Numbered from the stretch's first letter, positions 52,537 through 63,831 are shown. The stretch is DNA of 64,000 nt from an uncultured delta proteobacterium (GCA_963769935.1 CAVYNY010000009.1:1-64000); one strand, 5' to 3'. The notes: generated from the sequence alone by a model not told the origin. Made by a program: numbers and translations.

Positions 52537-53868
52537 ATGCGATATTTACCGCATACTCCTGAAGACATAGCAGCCATGCTGGCAGTGGTCGGTACGGACT
52601 CCCTGGAGGACCTGTTTGCCACGATACCCGGCGAGTGCCGCCGTGAAAAAGACTTAAACCTGCCGGAGCGTTTGAGTGAATGGGAGTTAAACCGCCATAT
52701 CGATGCCCTGTCCGGTACGATGGCCGTATCCCCTGAATACAGGATATTTCTAGGTGCCGGCAGCTACGAGCATTATATTCCGGCGGCGGTAACTCACCTG
52801 CTGGGCCGTTCGGAGTTTGTCACTTCCTACACGCCGTATCAACCTGAGGTGAGCCAGGGAACGCTGCAGGCAATTTTTGAATACCAAACACTCACCGCCC
52901 GGCTGCTGGGAATGGAAATCGCCAACGCATCGCAATACGACGGCGCTTCTTCTCTGGCCGAAGCGGCACTCATGGCCGTTCGTGTCACACGGAAAAAGAA
53001 AATCGCAGTGTCCCGCCTCGTCCATCCCCACTACCGCAGCGTGTTGCGGACATATCTAGGCCCAACCGATATTGAAATCGTCGAATTGCCTTATCTGGCG
53101 AACGGAACAACCGATGCGGAACAGCTGGAAGGGCTGGACGATCTTGCTGCCGTGGCCGTGCAGTCACCCAACTTTTTTGGCTGTATTGAAAACCTCGGCC
53201 AAATCGGCGAGCAGGCCCGCGCCAAAGAGGCTCTGTTGATTGCAGGCTTCACGGAGCCGCTGGCCTATGGCTTGTTCAAAAATCCGGGCAGCCAGGGGGC
53301 TGATATCGCCTGCGGCGAAGGACAGAGTCTGGGAGTGCCCCGCACGTTCGGCGGTCCGGCGCTGGGCATGTTTGCCGCCCGGATGAAGCATGTCCGCAAC
53401 ATGCCCGGGCGGCTGGTCGGACAAACCCAGGACATCGAGGGGCGCCGGGGTTTTGTGCTGACGCTGGCCACCCGGGAGCAGCACATCCGCCGGGAAAAAG
53501 CCACCTCCAACATCTGCACCAATCACAGTTTGTGCGCCCTGGCGGCCGCAATGTATATGGCGACTCTCGGCCATACGGGCATGAAAGCGCTGGCCCGCTT
53601 GAATTATGACAAATGTGAATACCTGAAAAAGAAGCTGCGCCATGCCGGGTTCAAAATCCCTTTCGAGCAGTCCACTTTCAATGAATTTGTGGTCGAATTC
53701 CCGGAAGGCTTTGACAAAACCTATGCGCGTCTGGTCGACGCTAAAATTATCGCGGGTCTGCCCCTGGAATGTCACTATCGTGAGTTGAAAAATCATTATC
53801 TGCTTTGTGTTACCGAAACCATCGGCAGGGAAGATATGGACAGGTTGGTCGATGCCATTAAAAGATAA
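52537..53868 (+). CDS. gcvPA: glycine dehydrogenase subunit 1
   Basis: YTPYQPEVSQG, TREQHIRREKATSNICT. Confidence 0.96.
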   Translation: MRYLPHTPEDIAAMLAVVGTDSLEDLFATIPGECRREKDLNLPERLSEWELNRHIDALSGTMAVSPEYRIFLGAGSYEHYIPAAVTHLLGRSEFVTSYTPYQPEVSQGTLQAIFEYQTLTARLLGMEIANASQYDGASSLAEAALMAVRVTRKKKIAVSRLVHPHYRSVLRTYLGPTDIEIVELPYLANGTTDAEQLEGLDDLAAVAVQSPNFFGCIENLGQIGEQARAKEALLIAGFTEPLAYGLFKNPGSQGADIACGEGQSLGVPRTFGGPALGMFAARMKHVRNMPGRLVGQTQDIEGRRGFVLTLATREQHIRREKATSNICTNHSLCALAAAMYMATLGHTGMKALARLNYDKCEYLKKKLRHAGFKIPFEQSTFNEFVVEFPEGFDKTYARLVDAKIIAGLPLECHYRELKNHYLLCVTETIGREDMDRLVDAIKR

Positions 53869-53905
53869 ATTTATTTTGCGATAACGGGGAAATGGAGATT
53901 TAGCC

Positions 53906-55363
53906 ATGCAAGAATATCCAGGAGCAACCGGCCTGATACTAAACGAACCCCTGCTCTGGGAAAAAGGCAAGAAGGGAAGATCCGGGTTTTCCGCGCCGCG
54001 CCGCGATGTCGAATCCTGCGATCCGGATCCGGACCTGCTCGGTGAAGGGCCGGATTTTCCGGATCTCAGCGAAGTGGATGTCGTTCGCCACTATACCCGT
54101 CTCTCCCAGTGGAATTTTGCCGTCGATACCGGAATGTATCCACTTGGATCGTGTACCATGAAGTATAATCCCAAAACCAATGAAAGACAGGCCGCGCAGC
54201 CCGGATTTTCCGCCGCCCATCCCCTGCTGCCGCCGCATCTCTCCCAGGGCATCCTCAAACTGTTGTACGATCTCGAACGCTTCCTGTTGGAAATTACCGG
54301 CATGGACGCCGTCAGCCTGCAGCCGGCCGCCGGTGCCCATGGTGAGCTTACGGGCATGCTGCTTTTTTACGCCTACCACCGGAGCAAAGGCGCCCGCCGA
54401 TCAAAAATCCTCGTGCCGGACACGGCCCACGGTACGAATCCGGCCAGTGCGGCCCTGTGCGGCTACAGACCGGTATCGATAAAATCCAGCGCAAAAGGGA
54501 TCCTGGCACCGGATGATGTTGCCGGGCTGATGGACGAGGAAACCGCCGGGATCATGGTTACCAATCCCAATACCCTGGGGTTGTTTGAAGAAAACATCAA
54601 AAAAATAGCCGATATCGTCCATGCGAAAGGGGGCCTGGTGTACGGGGACGGGGCCAATATGAATGCAATTATGGGAATCGCCGATATTGGAAGAATCGGG
54701 ATCGATGTTTTACATTTAAACCTTCACAAGACTTTTTCGACGCCTCATGGCGGCGGAGGACCGGGGTCCGGACCGGTCTGCGTGCTGAAGCATCTGGAAC
54801 CGTTTCTGCCGGTGCCCCGAGTCACACTAAAGGACGGACAATATCTGCTCAAAGAGGATTACCCGGAGTCCATCGGCCGGCTGCATGCCTTTTACGGCAA
54901 TGTGGGTGTTCTCATCCGGGCCTACAGCTATATTCTGAGCATGGGCGGAGAATATTTAAAAAAAGCCAGTCAGTTGGCGGTGCTGAATGCCAACTACATC
55001 AAAGAGCAATTGAAGGGAACCTTTCATCTGGCCTATAATCGTCCCTGCATGCATGAGTGCGTTTTCTCGGACAAATTGCAGCAGGCGCACAGGGTAACCA
55101 CTCTGGATATGGTTAAGCGCCTGATGGATTATGGATTTCACCCACCCACCATTTACTTCCCCCTGGTTGTTCCCGGGGCCATCATGATTGAGCCCACCGA
55201 AACGGAATGCAAAGAGGACATCGATCTTTTCATCGATGCCCTGAAGGCCATCGCCGCTGAAGCTATCGAAAATCCGGATGTTTTGCATGCAGCGCCCCGC
55301 AACTGCCGCCGCAGAAGACTGGATGAAACCACAGCGGCCCGCAGACCCTGCTTGACGGGATGA
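53906..55363 (+). CDS. gcvPB: glycine dehydrogenase subunit 2
   Basis: YPLGSCTMKYN, HGTNPASA, PLP Lys in HLNLHKTF, PHGGGGPG, MIEPTE. Confidence 0.96.
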   Translation: MQEYPGATGLILNEPLLWEKGKKGRSGFSAPRRDVESCDPDPDLLGEGPDFPDLSEVDVVRHYTRLSQWNFAVDTGMYPLGSCTMKYNPKTNERQAAQPGFSAAHPLLPPHLSQGILKLLYDLERFLLEITGMDAVSLQPAAGAHGELTGMLLFYAYHRSKGARRSKILVPDTAHGTNPASAALCGYRPVSIKSSAKGILAPDDVAGLMDEETAGIMVTNPNTLGLFEENIKKIADIVHAKGGLVYGDGANMNAIMGIADIGRIGIDVLHLNLHKTFSTPHGGGGPGSGPVCVLKHLEPFLPVPRVTLKDGQYLLKEDYPESIGRLHAFYGNVGVLIRAYSYILSMGGEYLKKASQLAVLNANYIKEQLKGTFHLAYNRPCMHECVFSDKLQQAHRVTTLDMVKRLMDYGFHPPTIYFPLVVPGAIMIEPTETECKEDIDLFIDALKAIAAEAIENPDVLHAAPRNCRRRRLDETTAARRPCLTG

Positions 55364-55451
55364 TTTGTCAGTGGTGTGTTGTAAGTGGTCTGTTGCAAAT
55401 CTAAGCTTGAAGTATTAGTTTTCAGGATAGATAACTTCACAGTCAATAGAC

Positions 55452-56228
55452 ATGCTTGGTGCAAACAAAGAGACAGAAACCAGTATAGGCGTGCTAAATC
55501 CAACCAACAACATACAACATACCACTGACAACAAACTTTGCTTCGCCCTCGACCTGGGTCTGATTGACTATCGTGAGGCCTGGGCGCTGCAGGAGAAGCT
55601 GGTGGCCGCGCGACTCGCTAAGCGCTTGAACCGGGACGTTTTCCTTTTTTTGGAGCATCCGGCCGTGTTTACTCTCGGCCGCCGGGGTGGGCTGGAGAAT
55701 CTGCTGGTCTCGGAAGAATTTTTGAAAAATGCCGGCGTGCCGGTTGTCCAGGTTGAACGCGGCGGCTTCATAACATATCATGGCCCCGGCCAAATCGTGG
55801 TTTATCCCATTATAAACCTGCATACAAGAAGAATCGGCGTAAAGGATTTTGTTGCGGCTATGGAAGAAGCCATGCTTCGCACGGCCGCAGCCTGGGACAT
55901 TGCCGCAGCGCGCAATCCCGTCAACAGCGGCATCTGGGCCGGAGACAATAAAATGGGCAGCATCGGAATCGCCCTGCGCAAAGGCGTCAGCTTCCACGGC
56001 CTGGCCTTAAACGTCAATCTTGACTTAACACCGTTTTCCTGGATTCAACCCTGCGGCCTGCCGGGCGTGGGGATGACATCCATGGCAAATGAGCTCGACC
56101 GGGAAGTATCCCTGGCCGATGCCGGCAACGTCCTGAAGAATCACCTTGCAGCAGTCTTAGGGATATCATTTGAAGCGCGCCGGCTGTCGGATCTCGGATG
56201 CGTGTTGGGCCATTCGGACGGGCTTTAA
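55452..56228 (+). CDS. lipB: lipoyl(octanoyl) transferase
   Basis: LEHPAVFTLG, RGGFITYHGPGQ, KMGSIG, HGLALN, IQPCG; start uncertain. Confidence 0.93.
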   Translation: MLGANKETETSIGVLNPTNNIQHTTDNKLCFALDLGLIDYREAWALQEKLVAARLAKRLNRDVFLFLEHPAVFTLGRRGGLENLLVSEEFLKNAGVPVVQVERGGFITYHGPGQIVVYPIINLHTRRIGVKDFVAAMEEAMLRTAAAWDIAAARNPVNSGIWAGDNKMGSIGIALRKGVSFHGLALNVNLDLTPFSWIQPCGLPGVGMTSMANELDREVSLADAGNVLKNHLAAVLGISFEARRLSDLGCVLGHSDGL

Positions 56229-56314
56229 AGAGGGTCGGTGGTAAGGCACTTAGGCCTTTTTTTAACGACATATGATTTCGAGCTAAACACCAAACCCTAA
56301 AAAACAATAAAGTA

Positions 56315-57199
56315 ATGAACCAGCAATCAAACTCCACCGTACTCGTCCAAAAACCCAGCTGGCTGCGGCGGCAGCTGCCAACGGGTTCCGCCTATGAAAA
56401 AGTCAAAAAAATGATCAAGGCAGAACAGCTGCACACGGTATGCCAGGAAGCCAAATGCCCCAACATGTGGGAGTGCTTTTCACAAAAGACGGCGACGTTT
56501 CTAATCATGGGCTCGCGGTGCACCCGCAACTGCCGCTTCTGTTCGGTGCGCCCAGGTCCGCTGGAACCGCCGGATCCCGGGGAACCCGCCAGAGTAGCCG
56601 ATGTCGCACACCGGATGGGCTTAAAATATGTGGTGGTCACATCTGTCACCCGAGACGACCTGCCCGACGGCGGTGCTGCCTTGTTTGCCGAAACGGTTGA
56701 AGAAATCCGCCGCAAGATGCCTGAGGCCTGCGTGGAAGTCTTAATTCCGGATTTTCAGGGGAACCGGGAAGCGCTCCACAAGGTTTTACAGGCCCGGCCG
56801 GATGTCTTAAATCACAATATTGAAACCGTGGCGCGCCTCTACCCGCGGGTACGGCCCCAGGCTTCATATGAGCGCTCCCTGAGGCTCATTCATCGGGCTC
56901 ACGAATACGACTCGTTGCTGCCGACCAAATCCGGACTGATGCTCGGTTTAGGGGAAAAAAAAGCTGAAGTTGAGAAGACACTCGAAGATCTTTTAACTGC
57001 CGGCTGCCGCCTGCTGACGCTGGGCCAATATTTGCAGCCTTCCAAAAACCATCTGCCGGTAGAGCGCTTTATCCCACCGCAAGAATTCGAAGCGTGGCGC
57101 AAAAAGGCTGTCCAATTAGGCTTTGCCGAAGTCGCCAGCGGACCGTTCGTAAGAAGCTCGTATCACGCCAAGGAGTTGTTTCAGGAAGTAAAAGCTTGA
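56315..57199 (+). CDS. lipA: lipoyl synthase
   Basis: CQEAKCPNMWEC, CTRNCRFC, NHNIET, RSSY. Confidence 0.97.
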   Translation: MNQQSNSTVLVQKPSWLRRQLPTGSAYEKVKKMIKAEQLHTVCQEAKCPNMWECFSQKTATFLIMGSRCTRNCRFCSVRPGPLEPPDPGEPARVADVAHRMGLKYVVVTSVTRDDLPDGGAALFAETVEEIRRKMPEACVEVLIPDFQGNREALHKVLQARPDVLNHNIETVARLYPRVRPQASYERSLRLIHRAHEYDSLLPTKSGLMLGLGEKKAEVEKTLEDLLTAGCRLLTLGQYLQPSKNHLPVERFIPPQEFEAWRKKAVQLGFAEVASGPFVRSSYHAKELFQEVKA

Positions 57200-57283
57200 A
57201 GGGGTGTTAATTGTGAGTTGGAAAATCAATATATCTGAGAGCGCATAAGATTCTGCAATAAAGCAGGGCAACTTTTTTAAAAT

Positions 57284-57557
57284 ATCAAATTACAAATTCC
57301 AAATTACAAACAAATCTCAAATCCCAATACTCAATGACCAAAACCTTTACTTTGAGAATCTTTATCGTTTCTCTTTTTAGTATTGGTAGGAGGATCTTTT
57401 TCAACCCATGAATGTCCTGCAACAAGCTTTGGAATTTTCACAGTATTAATCCCGGCGCGTGGTTAGATGTTCGTTTTTCTGGTTAGTATATAAGTTTTGA
57501 ATTTTGAATTTTTGTCATTGTGATTTGTTTGATATTTGGTATTTGTGATTTGTAATT
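57284..57557. repeat. inverted pair of heptamer-repeat arrays
   Basis: caaatta/caaattc-type units at ~57284-57345 mirrored by atttggt/atttgtg/atttgta units at ~57494-57557. Confidence 0.6.
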
Positions 57558-57616
57558 TTTTTTTGCGACGGAGTAAAATGTGATAGATAAAAAATGAATA
57601 CTTCTGGGGTACGATT

Positions 57617-58779
57617 TTGGAAAAACAACTGATCTGGGCTGAAATCGACCTGAACGCGTATGCGCACAACATCAGGGAGTTGAGGCGCATTACCAATCCC
57701 GCCGCACGTCTGATGGCCGTGGTCAAAGCCAACGGCTACGGTCATGGAGCCGTCGAGACGGCGCGCACAGCCCTGCAAAACGGTGCGGCGGCCCTGGGGG
57801 TGGCTCGCATTCCAGGAGGCGGTTCAACTTAGAGAGGCCGGACTTGAGGCACCCATTCTAATTTTTGGCTACAGTCCCCTCGAGTCCGCCGAAACGCTCA
57901 TTGATTATGAGCTTACCCAGACCGTTTATTCCACCCGGACGGCCGCGGCTTTATCCCACCAGGCGGGACGCAGAGGAAAAAAGATTAAGATTCATATCAA
58001 GATGGACAGCGGCATGGGAAGGCTGGGTTTGCTGCTGGACAACGGGGCCGATTCCATTCCTGATAAAAACCCCGCCGCGATCAGCCTGCGTGAAGTCGAG
58101 GCCATCAGCCGTCTGGCCGATCTGGAGGTGGAGGGAATTTTCACCCACTTTGCGACGGCCGACAGCGCCGACAAATCATATGCGAACAGGCAGCTGGAAC
58201 GTTTTATTATTTTTTTGGAAACCCTGCGTCGTGAAGGTCTGAATATTCCGATAGCTCATGCCGCCAACAGCGGGGCCCTGATCGATATGCCGGATTCTCA
58301 TCTGGACATGGTGCGGCCGGGAATCGCGACCTATGGGTTGTATCCCTCCGATGAGGTCAATAAAAACAGCATCGAGCTGATTCCGGTCATGACGCTGAAA
58401 AGCAGAATCATTCACCTGAAAAAGGTGCCGGCCGGCTTCAGCATCAGCTACGGCAGCACCTTCAAGCACAAAAGGGAATACCACCATTGCCACCGTTCCG
58501 GTCGGATATGCCGACGGGCTCAACCGTCTGTTGTCATCGGCCGGTCACATGCTGGTTCACGGACAAAAAGTGCCTATCGTCGGTCGGGTCTGCATGGACC
58601 TGACAATGATAGATGTGGGTGCAGTGACCGGCATCGGAATGGAAGATGAAGTCGTAGTTTTCGGGCAACAGGGAAATCAGGCGATCACGGCCGATGAAAT
58701 TGCAGCCAATTTAGATACAATCAATTATGAAGTCGTCACCTCGATTACAGCGAGGGTGCCTAGAGTCTATTTGGAATGA
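57617..58779 (+). CDS. alr: alanine racemase (frameshifts near 57812 and 58470)
   Basis: [49 protein letters not shown] across three frames. Confidence 0.93.
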
Positions 58780-58962
58780 CGATTGTCGAATGAAGAATAC
58801 AGTGAACAGATTGAACGTTCGATGTTCGATGTTCATTATTGGGTACTTGTCCGCCTTTGTGGATTCGCTGTTATTAGAGTTTCTTTCCCGATCAAACTGG
58901 CCGCTTCAGCGGCCTGCGGCTGACCAAAACCTCGAACCCTAAACCTCCAACAGGAACCCATC

Positions 58963-59794
58963 GTGCCTTATTTCACGACCCGCGACGACTGCAAAATTTT
59001 CTATCGGACCTATCGAGTTGACACGTCCAATTCCGTCGTTATTTTTCTGAACGGCACCACCCAGACCACATTGTATTGGGGCAGCCAAGTGCCGGCGTTT
59101 TCAAAACGTTATGGGCTGCTTTGCTACGATGCCAGATGCCAGGGGCAAAGTGACCCCGGCGCCGCGCCGATCTCTCTGCAACTGCATGTTTCAGATCTTT
59201 ATCAGTTATTGACCCATTTGGCTATTGACAAAGCTCACCTGGTGGGCATAAGTCATGGCGCCCGGGTGGCGCTGGAGTTTGCAGCTAAGTTTCCGCAGAT
59301 GGTCGAAAAACTGGTCCTGTGCAGCATCGGTGCCGGCACCAGCGACCGTTGCCGGGCCTTTGTTCGATCGTGGCTGGAAATACTGAAGATGTCTGATTTA
59401 AGGGCCATGGCCTGGGCTGCCGTGCCGACGGTGTTCGGCAACCGGTTTTTAAAACACCATCAGAAAACGCTCGATACGATCGTCAATGCCGTAGTTTTGC
59501 GCAACAGCAAAAAAGCATTGGCTGTTCAGCTTGAGGCGGCGTTAAGTTATCCTGAGCCGGACAGCCTACCGGCGGATTTCAATGTACCGACGCTCATTGT
59601 CTCAGGCTCGGAGGATCCGCTGGTGGAATCCGAGGATGTCCGGCAACTCGCGGATCTTTGCAAAGCACGACCACGCGGAGCTGCCCGGCATCGGTCACAG
59701 TATACCGGCCGAAGCCCCGGAATTATTCGAACAAATGGTGCTTGAATTTTTGAGTTCAAGCGTAAGGCCCGGACAAGCCGGAATTGAATATTGA
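58963..59794 (+). CDS. alpha/beta hydrolase, PcaD-like fold (frameshift near 59665)
   Basis: GISHG nucleophile elbow, GSED acid, His in LPGIGHSIPAEAP in the shifted frame. Confidence 0.85.
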
Positions 59795-60035
59795 AAATTG
59801 CAAATTGAATATATGTGGATGTCGCTCGCGCAGCGCAAACGTCGCGCGAGCGCTTGACGCTGGGAGGCACTTGCGCCGGGTGTCGCTCCGTCTTTTTTTT
59901 AAATGGATAGAATTCCTTAAATATTCAATATTCAATCGAAAATATTCAATCGTTACAAGATAATGAAGATATCTCTATACAATATTTCGCCACAAAATGC
60001 ACATTACTAACAACTAACGTGTCAGGACGTTGCTA

Positions 60036-61253
60036 ATGCGAGAAATCATACTGATTAATATCACCGGCAAGGATAAACCGGGCCTGACATCCAGCTTGAC
60101 GAACATCCTGGCACAGTATGAAGCAACGATTCTGGATATCGGCCAGGCGGTTATCCATGACTACCTGTCGCTGGGCATCCTGATCGAAATACCGACCGCG
60201 CATTCATCGTCTTCGATTCTCAAAGATCTTCTGTTCAAGGCGCATGAGCTTGGCATTCAAATCCGTTTTTCCGCCATCGACAGCGCGGGCTATGAAAGCT
60301 GGGCTTCGGAGACCGGCCGACAGCGCCGGTTTATAACGCTCCTCGGCCGCAGGTTAACCGCTGAACAGCTGGCCAAAGTAACCACGGCCATTGCAGCCAA
60401 CAATTTAAATATCGATGTGATTACCCGGCTTTCCGGCAGGATACCATATGACGATACCGAATCGCTGCCCAAGGCCTGCGTGCAGTTTACCGTATCCGGC
60501 ATGCATCCTGAATCCGGTCGTTTACGCGGCCAGTTGCTGAAAATTTCCGAAGAAACCGGAATCGATATTTCCTTTCATGCGGACGATATTTATCGGCATG
60601 CCCGCCGGCTGGTGGTATTTGACATGGATTCTACATTGATCCAGGGTGAAATGATCAATATCCTGGCCCAGCATGCCGGCGCCGGCGAGCAGGTCGCCGC
60701 AATCACTTCAGCTGCCATGGGCGGCGAGATGGATTTCAAAGAAAGTCTCACCCGCAGGGTGGCCCTGCTCAAAGGCCTTGATGAAGCGGTGCTGGCCGAT
60801 GTTGTTCAGAATCTCGAGCTCACCGAAGGTGCGGAACGGCTCGTCAACACGCTGAAAAGGTTGGGCTTCAAGATCGGAATCATATCCGGCGGCTTTGACT
60901 ATTTCGGCGAATATCTGCAAAAAATGCTGGGCCTGGATTATGTTTTTGCCAACGTGCTCGAGATCGAAAACGGCAAAGTCACCGGAAAAGTTACGGGCGA
61001 CATTATCGACGGACCCAAAAAGGCTGAAATTCTTAAAACCATCGCCAGGGTTGAAAACATCAGTCTGCAGCAGACCGTCGCCGTGGGAGACGGTGCCAAT
61101 GATCTTCCCATGATCAGTGCCGCCGGTCTGGGAATCGCATTTCATGCCAAACCCTTTGTAAAAAGGAATGCCGCCAAGTCCATCTCCAGCGTTGGGCTGG
61201 ACGGGCTGTTATATCTGATGGGTATCAGTGAAAGAGAAATCCAGCAGGAGTAG
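60036..61253 (+). CDS. serB: phosphoserine phosphatase with ACT domains
   Basis: ITGKDKPG ACT domain, FDMDSTLI, ISGGF, VGDGANDL. Confidence 0.95.
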   Translation: MREIILINITGKDKPGLTSSLTNILAQYEATILDIGQAVIHDYLSLGILIEIPTAHSSSSILKDLLFKAHELGIQIRFSAIDSAGYESWASETGRQRRFITLLGRRLTAEQLAKVTTAIAANNLNIDVITRLSGRIPYDDTESLPKACVQFTVSGMHPESGRLRGQLLKISEETGIDISFHADDIYRHARRLVVFDMDSTLIQGEMINILAQHAGAGEQVAAITSAAMGGEMDFKESLTRRVALLKGLDEAVLADVVQNLELTEGAERLVNTLKRLGFKIGIISGGFDYFGEYLQKMLGLDYVFANVLEIENGKVTGKVTGDIIDGPKKAEILKTIARVENISLQQTVAVGDGANDLPMISAAGLGIAFHAKPFVKRNAAKSISSVGLDGLLYLMGISEREIQQE

Positions 61254-61372
61254 GATTCGCCGTTCAGAGCCGGTGTCATGTCAAATCTCAGGAGGCAGAA
61301 AACATTTGTGACTTTGATTTACGCCGGCCCTGAGAACTGATCCATGTACGATTTGGCAAACCGGCCATATAA

Positions 61373-61414
61373 AAACAAAAAGGCAGGACCTTTCATAGCC
61401 CTGCCTTTTTGTTT
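61373..61414. terminator. bidirectional intrinsic terminator
   Basis: aaacaaaaaggcagg / cctgcctttttgttt 15-bp stem. Confidence 0.7.
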
Positions 61415-61830
61415 CTGGCCTCTATTCTCGCCACATTTTAATGTTTGAAGCAGAAGCCAGGAGTTTAATTTTGCTCTCTTGAATGCCGTTGTTTTCTCGC
61501 TCGGATATCTTCTCGTTAAGTTGGAAGTTCGGCAGAAAAGATGCACGCGCATTCGAGAACTCAATTGGCAATAACAATATTCAAAAATAATGCCAAACTT
61601 AAAAATTTTTATTTTAAATAAAATCAATATATTATATAATCACCTAAAATCAGGCTGTCACCCGAAAGCGTCAATTTTCCGACACTGCGCCCTCCTGTGA
61701 ATTCTGACGCTTATACCGGTCAAAGGCTCAAGTAGGGTAAAATCAAAACCATCTCTGAGAAACAAAATTGGGGTTGCCAGGTAGTTCCAGGTGGCATAGC
61801 CCCCAAAAAGGATAGCAAGAGAGCTTTTAT

Positions 61831-63831
61831 ATGTTCAATATCGGTTTGGGAATCGATGCCGGTGGTACTTACACGGATGCGGTCATTTTCGATATGCCGT
61901 CGAAAAGGGTGGTGTCCAAAAACAAAGCCCTGAGTACCAAATGGAATTTTACGCTCGGCATCGCTGAAACATTAACCGGCCTGGACCAGGCCCTCCTGTC
62001 GCAGGTGCAACTGGTCGCCCTCTCCACCACCCTGGCCACCAATGCCATTGTCGAAGGCCGGGGACAGAAAGTGGGGCTATTGATCATGCCGCCGGCCGGC
62101 CGGTTGGATCGACAGGACATCCCGTATGAACCCAAGGCCCTGCTTGCCGGGCAGATGTCCATCACCGGCCGGGAAATCAGCTCCATCGATGAAGAGCAAG
62201 TGCATCGTGTTTCCCGGACCATGGTTGCAAATGATGGCGTGCAGGTATTTGCGGTTTCCGGCTATGGCGGGTGCATCAATCCGGCGCATGAGACCGCTGT
62301 CAAAAGAATTGTGCAGAAAGCCACCGGACTTCTGGTTACCTGCGGCCATGAGCTTTCGGATATCCTGAACTTCCGCACCCGCGCCCAGACCGCTGTCCTC
62401 AATGCCCGGATCATTCCTTTGCTCGACAGGCTACTGAAAGACCTGGAAAATGTATTGATCGGGCGCGGAATAGAAGCCCCCGTTGTCGTTGTGAGAGGCG
62501 ACGGAACCCTGATGAGCAGCCGCGTGGCCCGGCAGCGTCCTGTGGAAACCATCCTGTCCGGCCCTGCCGCCAGTGTTGCCGGGGCCCAATTTTTAACCGA
62601 TCTGAATAATGCCGTCATCGTGGATATGGGCGGAACCACAACCGATAGTGCCGTCATCGAAGATGGGGTTGCGGAAATCTGCGACGGCGGGGCCGCCGTC
62701 GGGGGTTTCCAAACCCATGTCAAGGCCATGCATATTCGCACGGAGGGCCTCGGCGGCGACAGCCTGATTCAGTGGGACAAAGGCGCTTTTACGGTCGGCC
62801 CCGCGCGGGTGGCGCCGATCTCATGGCTGGCAGCGCATACCTCCGGGACAAATCAGGCCCTGGAATTCCTGCAGCGCAATCTCAACCGCTATGGTTCGTC
62901 ATCGGGCAGCATGCAGCTGTTGACGCTGCTGGCACATCCAACCCGGCGCGGGCTGACGCCATCGGAAGAAAAAATTGTCGACCTGCTGACCATGCGCCCC
63001 CGGGCGATTGATGAACTGGTCCAGCAAACGGGCGCCCATTTTGCCGGCGCACTGGGACTGGAACGCCTCGAGCAGACATTCATCGTTCAGCGCTGCGGCT
63101 TTACCCCGACCGACCTGCTGCACATCGAAAATCAATTTACCCGCTGGAATCGTGAGGCTGCAATAACCATGGGACAGCTGTTTGCCCAAATCTGCCGGCG
63201 TGATTTACATGCCATGACAGCCGATCTGCTGACCGGCGTCACCGAAAAACTGACCCTTGAAATTTTAAAAACCCAGCTGGATGAAGAAGCAGATCCGGTG
63301 GGTCTGGAGCAAATCCCGGCCGGCCGGACCCTGCTCGAAAACCTGCTCAAGGGGGGCAACCGCCGGTTTACCGTCAGCGTCCGTCTGCACCACCCGGTGA
63401 TCGGAATCGGAGCGCCCGTTCATTTTTTCCTGCCGCAGGCGGCCGCAACACTTGGCGCCCAAGTCGTCATCCCGGAGAATGCCGACGTGGCCAATGCCAT
63501 CGGCGCCATAACCGGCCGCATTGCCCTCCGCCGCAAAATCGACATTATCGCACCGCAGCCCGGACGCTATCAGGTCGTGGGACTGGCCGGTGTTAAAAAT
63601 TTCAGCGACCTTGCTGAGGCGGATGCCTACGCCGAAGAACTCCTGACGAATCGGATCCGGGAGTTGGCGCAGGCGGCCGGCACCAGTGCGACCCGGGTCT
63701 CTATCCGGCGGGAGGACCGCACGCCGACGGCCGCCGGCGGCAGCAGCATCTTTCTGGGACGCACCATTTTCGGCCAGCTGATCGGCCAGCCGGATCTGGT
63801 GCTGGAGGAATACGGGAAACGGGTGAATTAA
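61831..63831 (+). CDS. hydantoinase/oxoprolinase A-family protein
   Basis: GIDAGGTYTD, STTLATNA, ETILSGPAAS, DMGGTTTD, GLGGDS, ANAIGA. Confidence 0.88.
   Translation: MFNIGLGIDAGGTYTDAVIFDMPSKRVVSKNKALSTKWNFTLGIAETLTGLDQALLSQVQLVALSTTLATNAIVEGRGQKVGLLIMPPAGRLDRQDIPYEPKALLAGQMSITGREISSIDEEQVHRVSRTMVANDGVQVFAVSGYGGCINPAHETAVKRIVQKATGLLVTCGHELSDILNFRTRAQTAVLNARIIPLLDRLLKDLENVLIGRGIEAPVVVVRGDGTLMSSRVARQRPVETILSGPAASVAGAQFLTDLNNAVIVDMGGTTTDSAVIEDGVAEICDGGAAVGGFQTHVKAMHIRTEGLGGDSLIQWDKGAFTVGPARVAPISWLAAHTSGTNQALEFLQRNLNRYGSSSGSMQLLTLLAHPTRRGLTPSEEKIVDLLTMRPRAIDELVQQTGAHFAGALGLERLEQTFIVQRCGFTPTDLLHIENQFTRWNREAAITMGQLFAQICRRDLHAMTADLLTGVTEKLTLEILKTQLDEEADPVGLEQIPAGRTLLENLLKGGNRRFTVSVRLHHPVIGIGAPVHFFLPQAAATLGAQVVIPENADVANAIGAITGRIALRRKIDIIAPQPGRYQVVGLAGVKNFSDLAEADAYAEELLTNRIRELAQAAGTSATRVSIRREDRTPTAAGGSSIFLGRTIFGQLIGQPDLVLEEYGKRVN

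Noticed and set aside
61620..61830. Riboswitch upstream of the hydantoinase-family gene
   Set aside because: Small hairpins only; no match to a known aptamer by eye.
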